NCBI RefSeq assembly: GCF_004010195.1
Contig: NC_057720.1
Span: forward strand, 25,833,208 to 25,881,203
Source of the DNA: Chiloscyllium plagiosum
Taxonomy: Eukaryota
Length of the DNA stretch: 47,996 nucleotides
Reading direction: 5' to 3'
The translations under genes and the position numbers were made by a program. The notes beneath the pieces are model-generated. The model was not told the DNA's origin. It saw only the letters and a list, made by a program, of their open reading frames with translations, and did no database searches. Positions 46,707 to 47,996 of this stretch are shown piece after piece (position 1 is the stretch's first letter; every line of letters begins with the position of its first letter).

Positions 46707-47549
46707 ATGACCAAAGGAAAGGGAGCCCGCAGCTCTCAGCAAGCAGGAACCCCTCCTACACCCTCTCCGTCCGCAGCTACTCCGGGGGACTTACCTACAG
46801 TGACAAGCCTTGTAGAAATGATCTCCAAACTGGATGCGAAGATAGACGCTTTTATCGAAGAATCCCGAAATCAATGGGACTCACTCTCGGCTGCGCTGCA
46901 GAAGCACGACCGAGACATCCAGGAAATCGAGCACCGAGTTGGAGGGGTGGAGTTAAAGGCCGCGACCTCCGAAACTACAGCACAATCGGCCGTGGATCAG
47001 GTCCGGACTCTCGAACAGCGAGTCCGGACCTTCGAGAATCACATTGACGACCTCGATAATAGAGGTTGTCGAAAAAATATTCGTTTGCTGGGCCTTCCCA
47101 AACGGGAAGAGGAAAGCCAGCTTACAGCATTCCTGGAGCAGTGGCTGCCACAACTTTTAAATCTGCAAGCAGGATCAGGCCAGGTAAGGGTGGAATGGGC
47201 CTACCAGGTCGCAATACGCGGGCCTGGCTAGAATCAGTGCCCACGCCCGATCACGTTCCAGCTGCAGAGCTATAGGGAGAGGCAGATACTCCTAGAAGCT
47301 TCTAGAAATCTTGGAAAAGACCCCCAAGCTATGATCTATAAAGGATCCAAGATCATGTTATTCCAGGACTTTTCCCCAGCTCTGGTCCGAAAGAGGAAGG
47401 CATTCGATGAGGCGAAGAAGCATTTAAGGGACTTAAATATTCAATACTCTCTATGCTACCCAGCCACACTACGCTTTAACCATGAAGGATCCGTGTATAA
47501 CTTCGGATCGCCAGAAAAGGCTAAGGAATTCTTGGACTCTCTTAGATAA
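46707..47549 (+). pseudogene. L1 ORF1p (coiled coil, RRM, CTD) with one in-frame TAG at 47229-47231
   Basis: DDLDNRGCRKNIRLLGLP, PRPITFQL, IMLFQDFSPALVRKRKAF, YSLCYPATLR. The two ORF-track pieces are in the same frame (47331-47232 = 99). Confidence 0.92.
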
Positions 47550-47996
47550 ATTGAGAGAGATAATGGATGTTGGTTTGCCTTTCCCCCCCACTTTGGTTTA
47601 TATCCCTGGGGGGAGGTGGTTACCTTATTCTATTTTACCTCTGTCTTTAGGAGTGGGGTTGTTTTTCCCTTGTTATTTTGTATTATTATATTTAATTATT
47701 ATTTGTTGAGGTTGTAATTTTATAGTTATATGTTTATATATGGTATTAATATTACCAAATATATCCAGGTGTTGGTATGGGTGGGGGTAGGGTGTTCACT
47801 ATTAACTCTAGCTTTGTATTATATCTGAATTCTCCTCATTTTATTGAGGAGTGCCTGGGTCAAGGGTGGGCATTGGTTGGGAGAGGATATGATGGACCTT
47901 TAGAGAGGAAGTGACACCCCCTGGGAACAAGGGGGAAATCTCCACTTAGATACTTTTTATATTTTTTTTATTTAGAAATAGTTTTTTATTGTATTG

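Larger units (their letters stand above)
46535..47996 (+). mobile_element. L1-clade LINE 5' portion: 5' UTR, ORF1 and inter-ORF spacer; continues beyond the window
   Basis: G-rich start followed by CCAAGATGGC, L1-type ORF1 and an AT-rich spacer. Confidence 0.88.

Overview
Repeat-dense vertebrate DNA, inferred to be elasmobranch (shark) from a full-length HE1-type V-SINE plus the CR1 and Penelope families present. It contains one assembly gap (12922-13582) and no recognisable host protein-coding exon, so it is probably intronic or intergenic. The content is layered transposons: long decayed CR1 LINEs, an older CR1/L2-group LINE with a partner SINE, RTE remnants, Deu-type SINEs, fossil PIF/Harbinger genes (transposase and Myb/SANT partner), a TA-flanked MITE and the 5' end of an L1 element whose ORF1 has a single premature stop. 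The most informative signal is the Penelope-like element (PLE) system. It includes a decayed RT + GIY-YIG copy (44362-46310) and an uninterrupted ORF running off the left edge. About ten short PLE insertions carry minimal hammerhead ribozyme cores, usually have an inverted-repeat build, share one common junction and are flanked by 12-16 bp target-site duplications. All family assignments come from motif recognition by eye; no database search was run.
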